Assembly: GCF_964204645.1 (NCBI RefSeq)
Contig: NC_134029.1
Location: forward strand, 17,168,950 to 17,232,949
Direction: 5' to 3'
DNA: 64,000 nucleotides
From: Tubulanus polymorphus
Taxonomy: Eukaryota > Animalia > Nemertea
Shown here: positions 1 to 10,155 of the stretch, piece by piece
Numbering within the stretch: position 1 is the stretch's first letter
Layout of the letters: each line of letters opens with the position of its first letter
The notes under the pieces: model-generated
The model's database searches: none
The model's input: only the letters and a program-made list of their open reading frames with translations
What the model was told of the DNA's origin: nothing
Translations under genes and position numbers: made by a program

Positions 1-305
1 GTTTGATTGTAATTCTTCGGAAATATACCAGATGCGAGTGATTACATGAGATTGACGCTACTTCCGTTACGTCACTATTCAAAGTCTTAAAGAAGCAAGA
101 TAGATGTAAAAGAAAAGCATGAAATTCGTTTCGGGATAAAAACGAATAAAAAGAAGCGTGAATTCTTAAATTAATCTGTAATGAAACACAAAAGAAAAAT
201 AATATTTTAAAACAAACCCAGATGCGAGATGGGTGGGCATTAGAAAAAAAGGGCGGGCATGTAATCACTCGCATCTGGTATAATTCCGAAGAATTACAAT
301 CAAAC
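1..305. repeat. DIRS 3' terminal structure: 48-bp inverted repeat (ITR / internal complementary region)
   Basis: 1-48 is the reverse complement of 258-305 with 1 mismatch; lies just downstream of the YR stop codon. Confidence 0.75.
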
Positions 306-444
306 TTCAACTTACAGGTAAGTCTCGTTTAATTTCTCAATTCTTCTCCATTATACCAGAATGCTCGTAATTCCGTGAGATTTCAAAGCCATCTATTTTG
401 CCGAAACTTATTATACACAAGGAAACAAACATAAATACCTTAAA

Positions 445-1310
445 TCAAATTGAAGCAAGGACCGCATTAGTCAATTGCTTCGAAGGATGATCAACTACAG
501 TTTTATTGTAATATTTTGCGAAAGTCTGTTCACAGCTCCAACCAACAACCTGGAGAATAGTGTCTATTGGAATCGTTTTAACAGCCGTAGACGCAGAAGC
601 TGAACGAGTAGAATGACTGGAGTATCGGTTGATATCAACTCCAGAGGCGAACAAGACATCTTTAATCCAGCGCGATAATGTCTCACTTGACGCTCGTCCG
701 TGAGGTTTGTTAGTAGAAATGAAAAGATGATTGTCTTTCCTAAGACCAGCCGTTACACGAATGTACTCTTTGATACAAGATAAAACGCAAATCGATTTAT
801 CATAAGGATAATCAAAGAACGAAATCGGACGAGTCGGTTTCCCCGGTCTATCTTGTTTCTGTTTGACGAATAGAAAGGTTATATGATCATCAAAAATGTT
901 CATGTCATCGATACGTAATTGATGAAGCACATTACGTCGAAGTCCTGAAACAAGTGCCATTAAACATAAAGTTTTCTTAGTCAAATTAGATAGAGACAAA
1001 TCATGTAAAGGTTCCACTGATTTTAAAAAACGAAGGACAATACCAATATCCCACGTATCATTATATTTAGGTATAGGAGGACGATTCTCGAAAATACCTT
1101 TGAAAAGTCGTTTCACTAGAGGGTCGGAACCAATATTAGCGGATGGTGACGCAAAACTGAAAGTTGAAATAGCAGATCTTGCCGTATTTATCGCACTATA
1201 TGACAAGCCTTTCTCATATAATGAAGAAAGAAAATCAACTAAAAGTTCTGCAGATGGGTTTCTATAATCAAACCCTCGGCGAGTCACATAATCGATCCAT
1301 TGTCTATAAT
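445..1310 (-). pseudogene. DIRS tyrosine recombinase, C-terminal part
   Basis: SGLRR, HSTR and FAKYY catalytic motifs; joins in frame to 17805-17994 once P1 and one TATAAT copy are removed (STLRQYDVYY|RQWIDY). Confidence 0.92.
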
Positions 1311-1419
1311 AGTAATTAGAATATGTGGCTTTCATACCAGAGGACGAGAGGACGAGACACCACTCATCACCACAAGTAATTTTTTTCCTACTCATCACCA
1401 AAAGTAATTTTTTTTCCTA
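1311..1419 (+). repeat. P1 left TIR with a tandem duplication of its inner ~28 bp
   Basis: 1311-1390 matches the reverse complement of 17724-17804; 1363-1390 is repeated at 1391-1419. Confidence 0.95.
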
Positions 1420-1423
1420 ATAA

Positions 1424-1750
1424 ATGGGAGATAGAAAAGCATTCTTAGCAACAATAAATAACAGAATAAAACCAGCAAAAAAACAATTTGAAATAAAAAA
1501 GTTAGTTGATGTTACAAAAGAAATTGAACATAAAATATTGAAATTAGAAAAGATAAAAACTAAATATGGAGAGAAAGTATCAGCTAATTTAAGCTACTGT
1601 AATGTTAGTACATCGCGAGAATTTAAAGTGTTTTTACCCGATAAATGGGTTTCATTGAGTACGGAGGAATTGAAAGATTTAGTAGGATTTAAAATAATAT
1701 ATCATGGGAAAAATGAAGACGGTCATCATGATTTAGAAATTGTTGATTAA
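1424..1750 (+). CDS. Conserved small Polinton protein (108 aa), possibly OB-fold/SSB-like
   Basis: Homologous to 42382-42735 and 56002-56355 (KYG.K, LPD, KNE.GHH motifs); the fold is a guess. Confidence 0.75.
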   Translation: MGDRKAFLATINNRIKPAKKQFEIKKLVDVTKEIEHKILKLEKIKTKYGEKVSANLSYCNVSTSREFKVFLPDKWVSLSTEELKDLVGFKIIYHGKNEDGHHDLEIVD

Positions 1751-1908
1751 ATTTAAAAAAAAATAAATTAATAGAAATAATGAATATCTAGAATCCGAAA
1801 TGACTTATCTGGACAATTTAATTGCTCCACATAGATGGTGCCATAAACAGCACCACACAGTGATAGACAAAAGTAGTGAGATATTCAATTATTTTTTTTG
1901 CTTTTTTT

Positions 1909-2286
1909 CTAAAATATTAATCCATTTTTTTTTATTATCAATTTTGGAATTTCAGAAGTACTTTCATTTTTGATAGCAGTTGGTTCAGAATTACTAATAT
2001 CATGAATTTTATTTGATTTCTTATACCAATTACACCCAATCAAAATGAATACAATTACAAATCCAACTGTAAAATATAAATATTTATCAAATATTCTACT
2101 ATCAGAAGGAGTAGAAATAACAATATTTTCACCATTTTTATTAACATTTTTATTACTTATTTTTTCTTTTACAGCTTTTTTATATTCTTGTGATTTAATT
2201 CCTAATTGTCGAGACCATTCAATTTGTTTCTGAGTTCTCGGTTTTTTCTTCACAGTTAATTCCTTCACTTCTTTCACTTCGCTCAT
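1909..2286 (-). CDS. Basic protein with one TM helix (125 aa)
   Basis: KQIEWSRQLG motif shared with 30246-30728; hydrophobic segment; TAAATG start. Confidence 0.75.
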   Translation of the reverse strand: MSEVKEVKELTVKKKPRTQKQIEWSRQLGIKSQEYKKAVKEKISNKNVNKNGENIVISTPSDSRIFDKYLYFTVGFVIVFILIGCNWYKKSNKIHDISNSEPTAIKNESTSEIPKLIIKKNGLIF

Positions 2287-2824
2287 TTATTATAGAAATA
2301 TTTTTACTTTCAATATTTGAAAATGTTATAACCCCGGTTGATAATAATGTCATAAATCCTCCTAATTGAAATGATAAATATCCAATCCATTTATTTAATT
2401 CAGTCATAACTAAATAATCATTTTTTAAATCGGAATATAATCTATTTTCATCTTCAATTGGTAGTATATAATTACATAATTTACTATAACCTTTTACTAC
2501 ATTTTCTGATATCGCGTCATTAATTTTAGCTGTTCTCGCGGCTTCATAAATCTTAAATAATCTAATAATTTCATCTGATTTCATTGTATCTAATTCATTA
2601 TAAGTTAAATTTTTACCGACAAAATTTTTACATTTTCCAGATGCTATTAATATTTCTAATTGATGTTTGCAATAAAGATAATATTCATAATTATTATTTG
2701 TTGTAACAATATTTAAAGCACCATCATCTGGAGTTAATTTTGTTTCTGTTATTCCTAAATCATCTAAAGTTTTTTCAATTGGAACATCACCATTTTTAGA
2801 TTTTATTTTCTTTTCACCTCCCAT
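2219..2824 (-). CDS. Conserved hypothetical Polinton protein (~200 aa)
   Basis: Homolog at 29717-30253 (YEYYLYCKH, LYSDLKNDYLVMTEL); ATG at 2824. Confidence 0.8.
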   Translation of the reverse strand: MGGEKKIKSKNGDVPIEKTLDDLGITETKLTPDDGALNIVTTNNNYEYYLYCKHQLEILIASGKCKNFVGKNLTYNELDTMKSDEIIRLFKIYEAARTAKINDAISENVVKGYSKLCNYILPIEDENRLYSDLKNDYLVMTELNKWIGYLSFQLGGFMTLLSTGVITFSNIESKNISIINERSERSEGINCEEKTENSETN

Positions 2825-2860
2825 TTTTATAATAAAAAAATTAGTTGTGTGATGTTGCAA

Positions 2861-3118
2861 CTAGAATTTAACTAGAATGTAACTAGAATTCAACTAGATT
2901 AACAAGCTAGTTGAAATATTGTTGTTTTTGTTTATTTCTTGTTAAATCTAGTTGATTTTTGTTCCAACTACTAACAACTAGAATTCAACTAGAATGTAAC
3001 TAGAATTAAACTAGATTAACAAGCTAGTTAAAATATTGTTAAATCTATTTGATTTTTGTTACAACTACTAATAACTAGAATTCAACTAGAATTCAACTAG
3101 ATTAACAAACTAATTGAA
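2861..3118. repeat. P1 internal tandem repeat of ~10-bp aactagaatt-type units
   Basis: Repeated ctagaattcaa/ctagaatgtaa units in three higher-order blocks. Confidence 0.85.
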
Positions 3119-3119
3119 T

Positions 3120-3728
3120 TTAAATAAATTCATATTTAAATGGGTGTTGTAATCTAAATAGTAATTTTGATCTTTTAATATTTTTCAACTTATCCATATA
3201 TTCATTATGTAAATCATGTGGAATAATATCATTTTCCTCAAGTGCATTTTTCATTGATTTTCTATCTTTATTGTAGAATAAAACTAGAAATCTAATGTTT
3301 TCTCTAAAGTCTTTAACAATTGAATTATATTTTTGATTTAAAACCCAAGTTGTTATCCCAAAATGTCTCCCAGAGAAAGCTAAATAGCATAACTCACTTT
3401 CTCTAACTTTTGAATCATGTAAATTTGCACAATCATCTATGATAAATAATGTATTTGATCCTTTATAAATATCAATTGCTATTTTTATACAATTATCTAA
3501 ATTTTCTTTTACTGTTTTAGGATCTAATATAATAAATTTATTATTCCTAGTAATATTTCTATCATAAGTTTGATTAAATTCATATGTTGGACAAAATAAT
3601 ACTATATTATGAAAATAGTTTTCATAAACAGTTTCTAATAAATTTAATATAAAATAAGTTTTTCAACAATTTGTTACACCAGAAATTAACATATTATGAG
3701 GCTCAAATATGAATAATTCCTTATTCAT
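3120..3728 (-). pseudogene. A32/FtsK-like packaging ATPase with one nonsense codon in Walker A
   Basis: MNKELFIFEPHNMLISGVTNC*KT with TGA at 3663-3665; Walker B FIIDD; SGRH; near-identical to 31846-32346; absent from the ORF track. Confidence 0.9.
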
Positions 3729-4856
3729 TTATATATTTTTAATTTTACTTGATAATATCCATTCATTGAATTTATCTGGCCATCCAACCCATTTTACTAA
3801 AGAATATTTTTTTCTTTTAATAGTTTTTGTTTTTAATACTTTTTCAATTTTATATTCTTGTTCTAGATTTTCAGTAGTTAAACTTAATTCTTCTTCATAA
3901 AAGTAGCCATCAACTTCTTCACCATCTAAATCTTCTAATTTATAGACATATGGTTTTGTTGTTATTACCTTTTTTATTTTATATATTTCCCTAGTAAAAT
4001 TTCGATCGTATCCTTTGTCAAATATCTTTTTATACTTAGATATTCTAACATTTTGGCTAACTTTAAATTTAGGTTCACCAAAATCATCTACAAGAAATGC
4101 TCCATATAAATTATTCCAAACAATTTCAGCATTTTCAGGTTTTCTAGCATCAATAGGTTTCATTCCAATAGAAGAATGATAAGAATTATTATATCCTTCT
4201 ATCAATTTTGGTAAAACATCAATCCATTTAAAAGTATTATTTGCTGTAAAATATTTCCACATTCTTGTTCTTAATGTTCTTTTAAATCTTTCAACAACTG
4301 CTGCTTTTTTATCTGATTTTGTTGAAAAATATTTAATATTATGATTATCTAAGAGTCCATGAACAAGTGAATTATCAAATTCTTTTCCATCATCAAATTG
4401 TATTTTTTCTGGTTTTAGTTTATCATCCGAAAGAAATTTTCTTAAAACATTTGATGTTTGTACAGCATCTTTTCTATAAAGTGGGAAACTCCATACATAA
4501 CGACTAAAAATATCAATTATATTCAATAACCACCAATAATCATCATTATCTTTCTTAACATTTTTCATATCAATTAAATCTCCTTGCCACTGTTGATCTA
4601 CATAACTTACCATAGTTTTACGAGTTTTATATTTTCTAACAATTTTTTTATGTGTTGTATATGTTGGTTGTTCTAACATAAATTCATTTATATCTTTATA
4701 TTTAACTAAATTTTGTGGGATTATCTTATCTAATTTATCTTGTTTTACTTTACGCCATATATTTTTAGTAGAAGAATAAGCAACCGAACTCTCAGGGTTG
4801 TAATATAAATTTCTTAAATATTGTTCTTTAGTATTAGGAGTTTTTTTACCACCCAT
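3729..4856 (-). CDS. Retroviral-type (rve) DDE integrase with C-terminal chromodomain
   Basis: WQGDL, QFDDGKEF and VVERF motifs; C-terminal IEKVL...LVKWVGWPDKFNEWI. Confidence 0.95.
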   Translation of the reverse strand: MGGKKTPNTKEQYLRNLYYNPESSVAYSSTKNIWRKVKQDKLDKIIPQNLVKYKDINEFMLEQPTYTTHKKIVRKYKTRKTMVSYVDQQWQGDLIDMKNVKKDNDDYWWLLNIIDIFSRYVWSFPLYRKDAVQTSNVLRKFLSDDKLKPEKIQFDDGKEFDNSLVHGLLDNHNIKYFSTKSDKKAAVVERFKRTLRTRMWKYFTANNTFKWIDVLPKLIEGYNNSYHSSIGMKPIDARKPENAEIVWNNLYGAFLVDDFGEPKFKVSQNVRISKYKKIFDKGYDRNFTREIYKIKKVITTKPYVYKLEDLDGEEVDGYFYEEELSLTTENLEQEYKIEKVLKTKTIKRKKYSLVKWVGWPDKFNEWILSSKIKNI

Positions 4857-4886
4857 TTATATATTCTTAATTTTAACTTTATATTT

Positions 4887-6134
4887 CTAATATTGAATAC
4901 TATCTAATTGAGAATTTACAATATTTAATTGTGCGTCAGATATAATATAAATGTGCATTTTAAAATTTTTGATTCCTTTATTCTTTTTCATGAATAATTG
5001 TATTCCATCTTTTGTATTTTGTAGTTTTTTCCCAGAACCATGTAATGAATTATCCTCTGTTGTTCTAAAATCTAACCATAATGCATATTTATTACCGGTA
5101 TAATAATCAATTTGATTAATATTACAATTTTCAAATGATTTTACTTTTTCATTCATAAAATGTTTTCTAATTTCTGGCCATTGGTCTATCATTCTCATTC
5201 CTTGGCAAAATATTTTATTTGCTATTCCTTCGATAGTTATTTCTACTTTTGTTATTTCAGGATTATAATAATTATCAACATTTATTGCGCCATTAGAATA
5301 TGTTGCAATAGTAAAAAATATTAATATACCTTTAATAGATCTTCTAGGAAAGTTAATATTCTCATTAATTATTTCATCATTTGCATTAATAGTTACAGTT
5401 TTAAATTTATCAATATAATCATATAATAATGAAAATCCTTGATTGTATTGAGTTTGAATTGTACTAGCAATATTTTCATTAGTTACTGTGTTATATTCTA
5501 AACATATATTCGATAATTTATAACCCATATCTTTAACAACGCTAGATAATACAATTTCATTTACAGGAGCAAATGTTATTTCAAATATAATATCTTCTTG
5601 AATTGCGTATTTATATAAAGGTGCATTATTATTTATCAATTCAAAGTCTAATGGAATTTTATATTTGCTTCCATAAATCTTTTTAATCAAATTATCTGTG
5701 GCACGAGTTACTACTGCATTATTGGCTTCAGATCTTAATTTATTATGGTTTTCCGATTGGATGCCTTGAAATATCATATTGTTTCTATTTTCTTTAGTTA
5801 ACCATAAATCTTTATAATGCATAAATAAATTATAATCATCTAATGAGAAAACTGTTTCCGGACCAATCTTTATAGTTAATTTTTTAATCAAATATCTTCC
5901 AACATTATCAACAACATAATTGTTATCATGGCCAGTTACTTTTATATCGGCTGATAAATAAATACTATTTGGAACATAAAAAGTATTTTGTGTTAATCGA
6001 GGGATTCTAACGTATAAAGTTTCATCGGGATTAATATTTGAAGGGTTATGAGTAATTATATGATGTGATCTTTCTGCTTTAATAGCATTAGATATTCTAG
6101 AAATCTTTGAAGGACTTATATAACTCCCACTCAT
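4887..6134 (-). CDS. Putative double jelly-roll major capsid protein
   Basis: 415 aa, beta-rich, highly conserved in P1-P3; resembles Polinton-like virus MCPs. Confidence 0.75.
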   Translation of the reverse strand: MSGSYISPSKISRISNAIKAERSHHIITHNPSNINPDETLYVRIPRLTQNTFYVPNSIYLSADIKVTGHDNNYVVDNVGRYLIKKLTIKIGPETVFSLDDYNLFMHYKDLWLTKENRNNMIFQGIQSENHNKLRSEANNAVVTRATDNLIKKIYGSKYKIPLDFELINNNAPLYKYAIQEDIIFEITFAPVNEIVLSSVVKDMGYKLSNICLEYNTVTNENIASTIQTQYNQGFSLLYDYIDKFKTVTINANDEIINENINFPRRSIKGILIFFTIATYSNGAINVDNYYNPEITKVEITIEGIANKIFCQGMRMIDQWPEIRKHFMNEKVKSFENCNINQIDYYTGNKYALWLDFRTTEDNSLHGSGKKLQNTKDGIQLFMKKNKGIKNFKMHIYIISDAQLNIVNSQLDSIQY

Positions 6135-6168
6135 TTATTAAACAAAAAAATTAATTATTTATTTTTTA

Positions 6169-7608
6169 TTATTTTTTTTCTTGATATCTTTTTGATATCA
6201 TATTTACTAACCCAAAAATAATAGCACTTACAACTGTGATTAAAAATAAGATTATATGTTCAGCAGCAAAGTTAAGAATATTACCTGCAGATTTCAATAT
6301 AAAACCAACAATTGATGCAATAACTCCTGGCAATGCTGCAGCAGATTTTTTAGATAGTTCCCATAAATATTTTGCTAATTTCTTTAAACCATCTTTAACT
6401 TTATCTTGTATAGAATTATTACTTGGAGGTTTATCTGGTTTATTGGGAGTAGGAGTAGATTTCAAAGCATTTGATATTGCTAAACCAATTGTTGTAAATA
6501 ACATAGTTACAGCTGTTAGAATTGAAAGAATTGTTATTCCTTCTAATTTAAATAATAACTTTATTCTATCTTTCAATGATATTTCAGAATTTGGTTTAAT
6601 CAACAAATCTTTAAAAATAACTTTTAATCTATTTATATTATAATCATATGATTTTAATAATAATTTAATTTCTTCTTTTTGTAATTCTATGTTATATTCT
6701 AAATCATCTTTTTCTTTTTCTAAACGTAACTCTTTTTGCCTATATTCTATTTCATCAATTACTTGATGATCTAAATCAGATTTTATTTTTTCTATTTCTT
6801 TATTTTTATCAGTTAATTCTTTTTCTAAAGTTCTAATTTTAAAATCTCTTATACTTTTATCATGTGCAATTTTATTAGATGCAAGTCTTATACTAATAAT
6901 TTCTCTAATTGCTTTATCAGAAAATATATCTAAATCTTCTAATTCTTGATCTGTTGCGTCAATTAATCCATTCGGTAAAAGTTTTTCAATTGGAACTTTA
7001 TTTGATTTAAGTTTACTAGTTTTGGAAGTTATATTCTGTTCAGAAGTTGTTTCTGTTTCTAAATTTTCATTAATTATCTTAAAAAATTTAGCATTTCTTT
7101 GTTTAAATTCTTTTAAATTATCAGATCTTTCTTTTTCTGTAACATCAGTTATAACATCATTATTGATTTTCTTAATTCTAGATTGTTCTAATAAATTAAA
7201 AGTTGATTGTGTTATTATTTTATCACTACTTTTTAGATTTGAAATCTTAAAATAATAGTCACCTTTCAATTTCCAATAATATTCACCATTTAAATATTTC
7301 AAATCTTCTACTAAATGATCCATACCTTTATTTGATATATTGAAACCAGATTTTTTTAACATTGGTTTAAAATCATGAATAATTTCATTATAATTGTATT
7401 CTTTTTCTGTTATTTCTGGTACTTCATTTTCAATACTTATCTTTGAACGTGCTTTGTCAATAAATTGGGGTGTAGTTAAATTAGAATTATATGCTGTTTC
7501 ATTACCATCATTAAAACTTGTTTCATCAAAATCAGGTGGTTGTTCATCAGTAATACCAGGTTCATCAAAAGGATCCATTCCAATATCTTCTACACCTTCT
7601 ACTTCCAT
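6169..7608 (-). CDS. Coiled-coil protein with C-terminal hydrophobic helices (479 aa), putative membrane-active virion protein
   Basis: Acidic N-terminus, coiled coil, hydrophobic segments ITILSILTAVTMLFTTIG and IILFLITVVSAIIFGLV; homologs in P2 and P3. Confidence 0.75.
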   Translation of the reverse strand: MEVEGVEDIGMDPFDEPGITDEQPPDFDETSFNDGNETAYNSNLTTPQFIDKARSKISIENEVPEITEKEYNYNEIIHDFKPMLKKSGFNISNKGMDHLVEDLKYLNGEYYWKLKGDYYFKISNLKSSDKIITQSTFNLLEQSRIKKINNDVITDVTEKERSDNLKEFKQRNAKFFKIINENLETETTSEQNITSKTSKLKSNKVPIEKLLPNGLIDATDQELEDLDIFSDKAIREIISIRLASNKIAHDKSIRDFKIRTLEKELTDKNKEIEKIKSDLDHQVIDEIEYRQKELRLEKEKDDLEYNIELQKEEIKLLLKSYDYNINRLKVIFKDLLIKPNSEISLKDRIKLLFKLEGITILSILTAVTMLFTTIGLAISNALKSTPTPNKPDKPPSNNSIQDKVKDGLKKLAKYLWELSKKSAAALPGVIASIVGFILKSAGNILNFAAEHIILFLITVVSAIIFGLVNMISKRYQEKK

Positions 7609-7624
7609 TTATATAATAAAAAAA

Positions 7625-9013
7625 TTAAAATTTAAAATATAATATTCCTCCGATTACAATTCCTATACAAGTTATAGCTAATTTAGTATTTTTATGGGAT
7701 TTATTATCATTATTTAGTTTAATTATATCATGTTGAATTTTATCAGTTCTATTATTTTCTGATGTATTGTAATCTTTTATTTTAGAATCATTAACCAATT
7801 TAATATTCTTAGTTTTAGTTTCAGTTGATTGAATATGTTTTTTATTTTTTTCACCTTCCATTAATTTTGGAGCAGTAATAATCTTTTTATTTATATCATT
7901 TAATCCAAATGAATTATTTATTGTTGCAGTTTTAATTAGATTATTATAACCAATTATGTTTCCCATCTTTAATACTAAATCATTAGAAATAATTAATAGA
8001 TTAGGGCCTATACAATAATTAAGTCTTACATGTGATTTATCTAAATAATTTTGATATCTTATAATGTTTTCTGGAATCGATCTATTTTTATCATTATGTA
8101 TGGAATCTTCAAATAATACTTTAAATTGTTTTTGTGTATCGAATGATGTATTCAAATTTCCAATTATTGGTGATCTTGTTTCAACTTGCGCACCTAAAAT
8201 ACATATCAAATAAGTTCTAATAGATTGATTTATTCTTTCTATACCTGATTTAGTAAAACCTTCACTATTTTCTAAAATAAAATATACCCAACCATTATTG
8301 TTTTCTTGTTTTAAATTATCATAAAATTTTGGTAATTTATTGAAATTTAATGTTTCTAAATCCTTTGTTTCTATTTTACCATAACCTAATTTATTATTAT
8401 AGATATTATAAAAACTATTAGATGGTATGGGAAGTGCACAATATTCTGCAATCTTTCTAGGGCAAGGAAGTGATCTTATTGTTCCAATTTTTGTTCTAAA
8501 ATCAGAATTATTTATATCTATATTAAATTCATTGCAAATTTTATAAAACTTTGATAAATTAATATTATTATCCATTTCTTTGAAATACCTAGATCCTGGT
8601 AAAGCGCACTCTAATTCATTTAATATTATTCTGATTTGAAAGTATGTATGAAATCTAAATAAACTTTGAATTAATTTATATTTAGAATTATTCAAATGAT
8701 CATTCCAACTAATTCCACATCCTGTTGTTGCACAATAAACAGAAAAATTTAATTGATTCTGCCAATACTTCATATTAGATTTTAATAACCATTGTTTTTC
8801 ATCTTTCAATTTTTTAAAATTAATTAAATATATATGAAATATATTTTCCATCTTTGCATTAAAATTATTAGTTTCAGTAACATAAATTTCTAAATTAGTT
8901 AATGAATTTAAAACTTCATTTCTATATGTAATATCTTTATTGAAATCTATTGCTGGAATATTATATTTAATTGATTTATCATATTGGAAAGCTTTTGGAA
9001 AACTATCTACCAT
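7625..9013 (-). CDS. Conserved hypothetical protein with C-terminal TM anchor (462 aa)
   Basis: YWQNQLNF.VYCATTGCG motif conserved in all three copies. Confidence 0.8.
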   Translation of the reverse strand: MVDSFPKAFQYDKSIKYNIPAIDFNKDITYRNEVLNSLTNLEIYVTETNNFNAKMENIFHIYLINFKKLKDEKQWLLKSNMKYWQNQLNFSVYCATTGCGISWNDHLNNSKYKLIQSLFRFHTYFQIRIILNELECALPGSRYFKEMDNNINLSKFYKICNEFNIDINNSDFRTKIGTIRSLPCPRKIAEYCALPIPSNSFYNIYNNKLGYGKIETKDLETLNFNKLPKFYDNLKQENNNGWVYFILENSEGFTKSGIERINQSIRTYLICILGAQVETRSPIIGNLNTSFDTQKQFKVLFEDSIHNDKNRSIPENIIRYQNYLDKSHVRLNYCIGPNLLIISNDLVLKMGNIIGYNNLIKTATINNSFGLNDINKKIITAPKLMEGEKNKKHIQSTETKTKNIKLVNDSKIKDYNTSENNRTDKIQHDIIKLNNDNKSHKNTKLAITCIGIVIGGILYFKF

Positions 9014-9029
9014 TTATATAATTAAAAAA

Positions 9030-9464
9030 TTAATAATTTATTAATTCTTTTAATAATTTATCTTGTTCTTCAACTGTTATATGACCATTTAAACTTATAA
9101 TATAATCTAGTGTGTTCTTTAATTTATTAATTTCTTTTATATTAGATTTTATTTTTTCTTTATTACTTTTTATATTTAATTTTGAACTTATACCAGTTAA
9201 AACACTTGAACTTAATCCTAACACACCAATTGATATAGCTAAAGGTGTTAATGGGCTGAATATTGCTAAAAATGTTATTACAGAACTAATTGTAACCGAA
9301 CCACTTATAATCAAATAATATATAATTTTACTTTTTAAATATTTTTTCTTTTTTATCTTTAAGTCACTTTCAAATTCTAATATTTGTTTTTCTAAATATG
9401 TTTTTAATTTAGTTTTATTTATATCATGAGGAATAATATCAATACTATCAACTTTATCTTCCAT
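9030..9464 (-). CDS. Two-TM coiled-coil protein (144 aa)
   Basis: Two hydrophobic helices; homologs in P2 and P3. Confidence 0.75.
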   Translation of the reverse strand: MEDKVDSIDIIPHDINKTKLKTYLEKQILEFESDLKIKKKKYLKSKIIYYLIISGSVTISSVITFLAIFSPLTPLAISIGVLGLSSSVLTGISSKLNIKSNKEKIKSNIKEINKLKNTLDYIISLNGHITVEEQDKLLKELINY

Positions 9465-9483
9465 TTATTTAGAAAAAAAATTA

Positions 9484-9906
9484 CTAATTAGTAAACTTAT
9501 AAGCAACAAATATAACAATAACAGTTCCACCTAAAATCCATATTATTTCATATTTCTGTTGTTCTTTACTTGGGGTATAATAATCTGATAATTTAGGTTT
9601 GTATAGATGTAATTTTTCTTTATTTGTTACTGCGTTATATAAACTCATTGCATCATCAACTGATTGAAAATCTCTATGTGAAATCTTCTGATCATATAAT
9701 TCTTTATTGATGTAATCCATATAGTTTTGTCTCTTTTCTCTATATTCTTCTGCAGCTTTATTATATTTCTCTAACGCTAAGTTATGTCTTCTTTGTTCTC
9801 CTAATGAACTATTTTTATCAATATGTTTAAATAAATAACCACCACCAGTAAATGCTAAAGCGTTAACAATTGCCGATCCTATAATAGTTATAATTGCAGA
9901 AGCCAT
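9484..9906 (-). CDS. Small membrane protein (140 aa)
   Basis: Protein identical to 40574-40996. Confidence 0.8.
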   Translation of the reverse strand: MASAIITIIGSAIVNALAFTGGGYLFKHIDKNSSLGEQRRHNLALEKYNKAAEEYREKRQNYMDYINKELYDQKISHRDFQSVDDAMSLYNAVTNKEKLHLYKPKLSDYYTPSKEQQKYEIIWILGGTVIVIFVAYKFTN

Positions 9907-9930
9907 TTATTTAGCAAAAAAATTATACAT

Positions 9931-10152
9931 TTATATGGGAGGAATATATTTTTGTTTTTCCAAATAATCAATAGTTAAATTAGATAAAGTAACTGCTAAT
10001 GTTAACTTTAAAATATCATTTATATCAAATCTATCAACATTAACACTTCCCATTTTGAATACTTTTTTTAATACCATTGAATAACCAACAGTTCCAACTG
10101 ATAGTAAGGCGCCATTATATAATCCAGTTATTATCCACTTATTATCACTCAT
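9931..10152 (-). CDS. Small hydrophobic protein (73 aa)
   Basis: 72/73 identical to 57422-57643. Confidence 0.8.
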   Translation of the reverse strand: MSDNKWIITGLYNGALLSVGTVGYSMVLKKVFKMGSVNVDRFDINDILKLTLAVTLSNLTIDYLEKQKYIPPI

Positions 10153-10155
10153 TTA

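Noticed and set aside
445-1310. Tyrosine recombinase as the Polinton's own integrase
   Set aside because: It lies outside the TIR/TSD boundary and rejoins the DIRS ORF in frame
1311-1401. N-terminus of the 318-aa YR ORF as called in the track
   Set aside because: It is read-through from the P1 TIR; the true N-terminus lies at 17805-17994
3663-3665. Alternative genetic code (TGA as Gly)
   Set aside because: Single instance; other premature stops are mostly TAA/TAG at scattered positions, consistent with decay
6236-7642. Antisense ORFs here and at 2045, 9112, 14017, 35323, 37503 and 60752
   Set aside because: Shadows of the real genes on the opposite strand; no TAAATG starts or motifs
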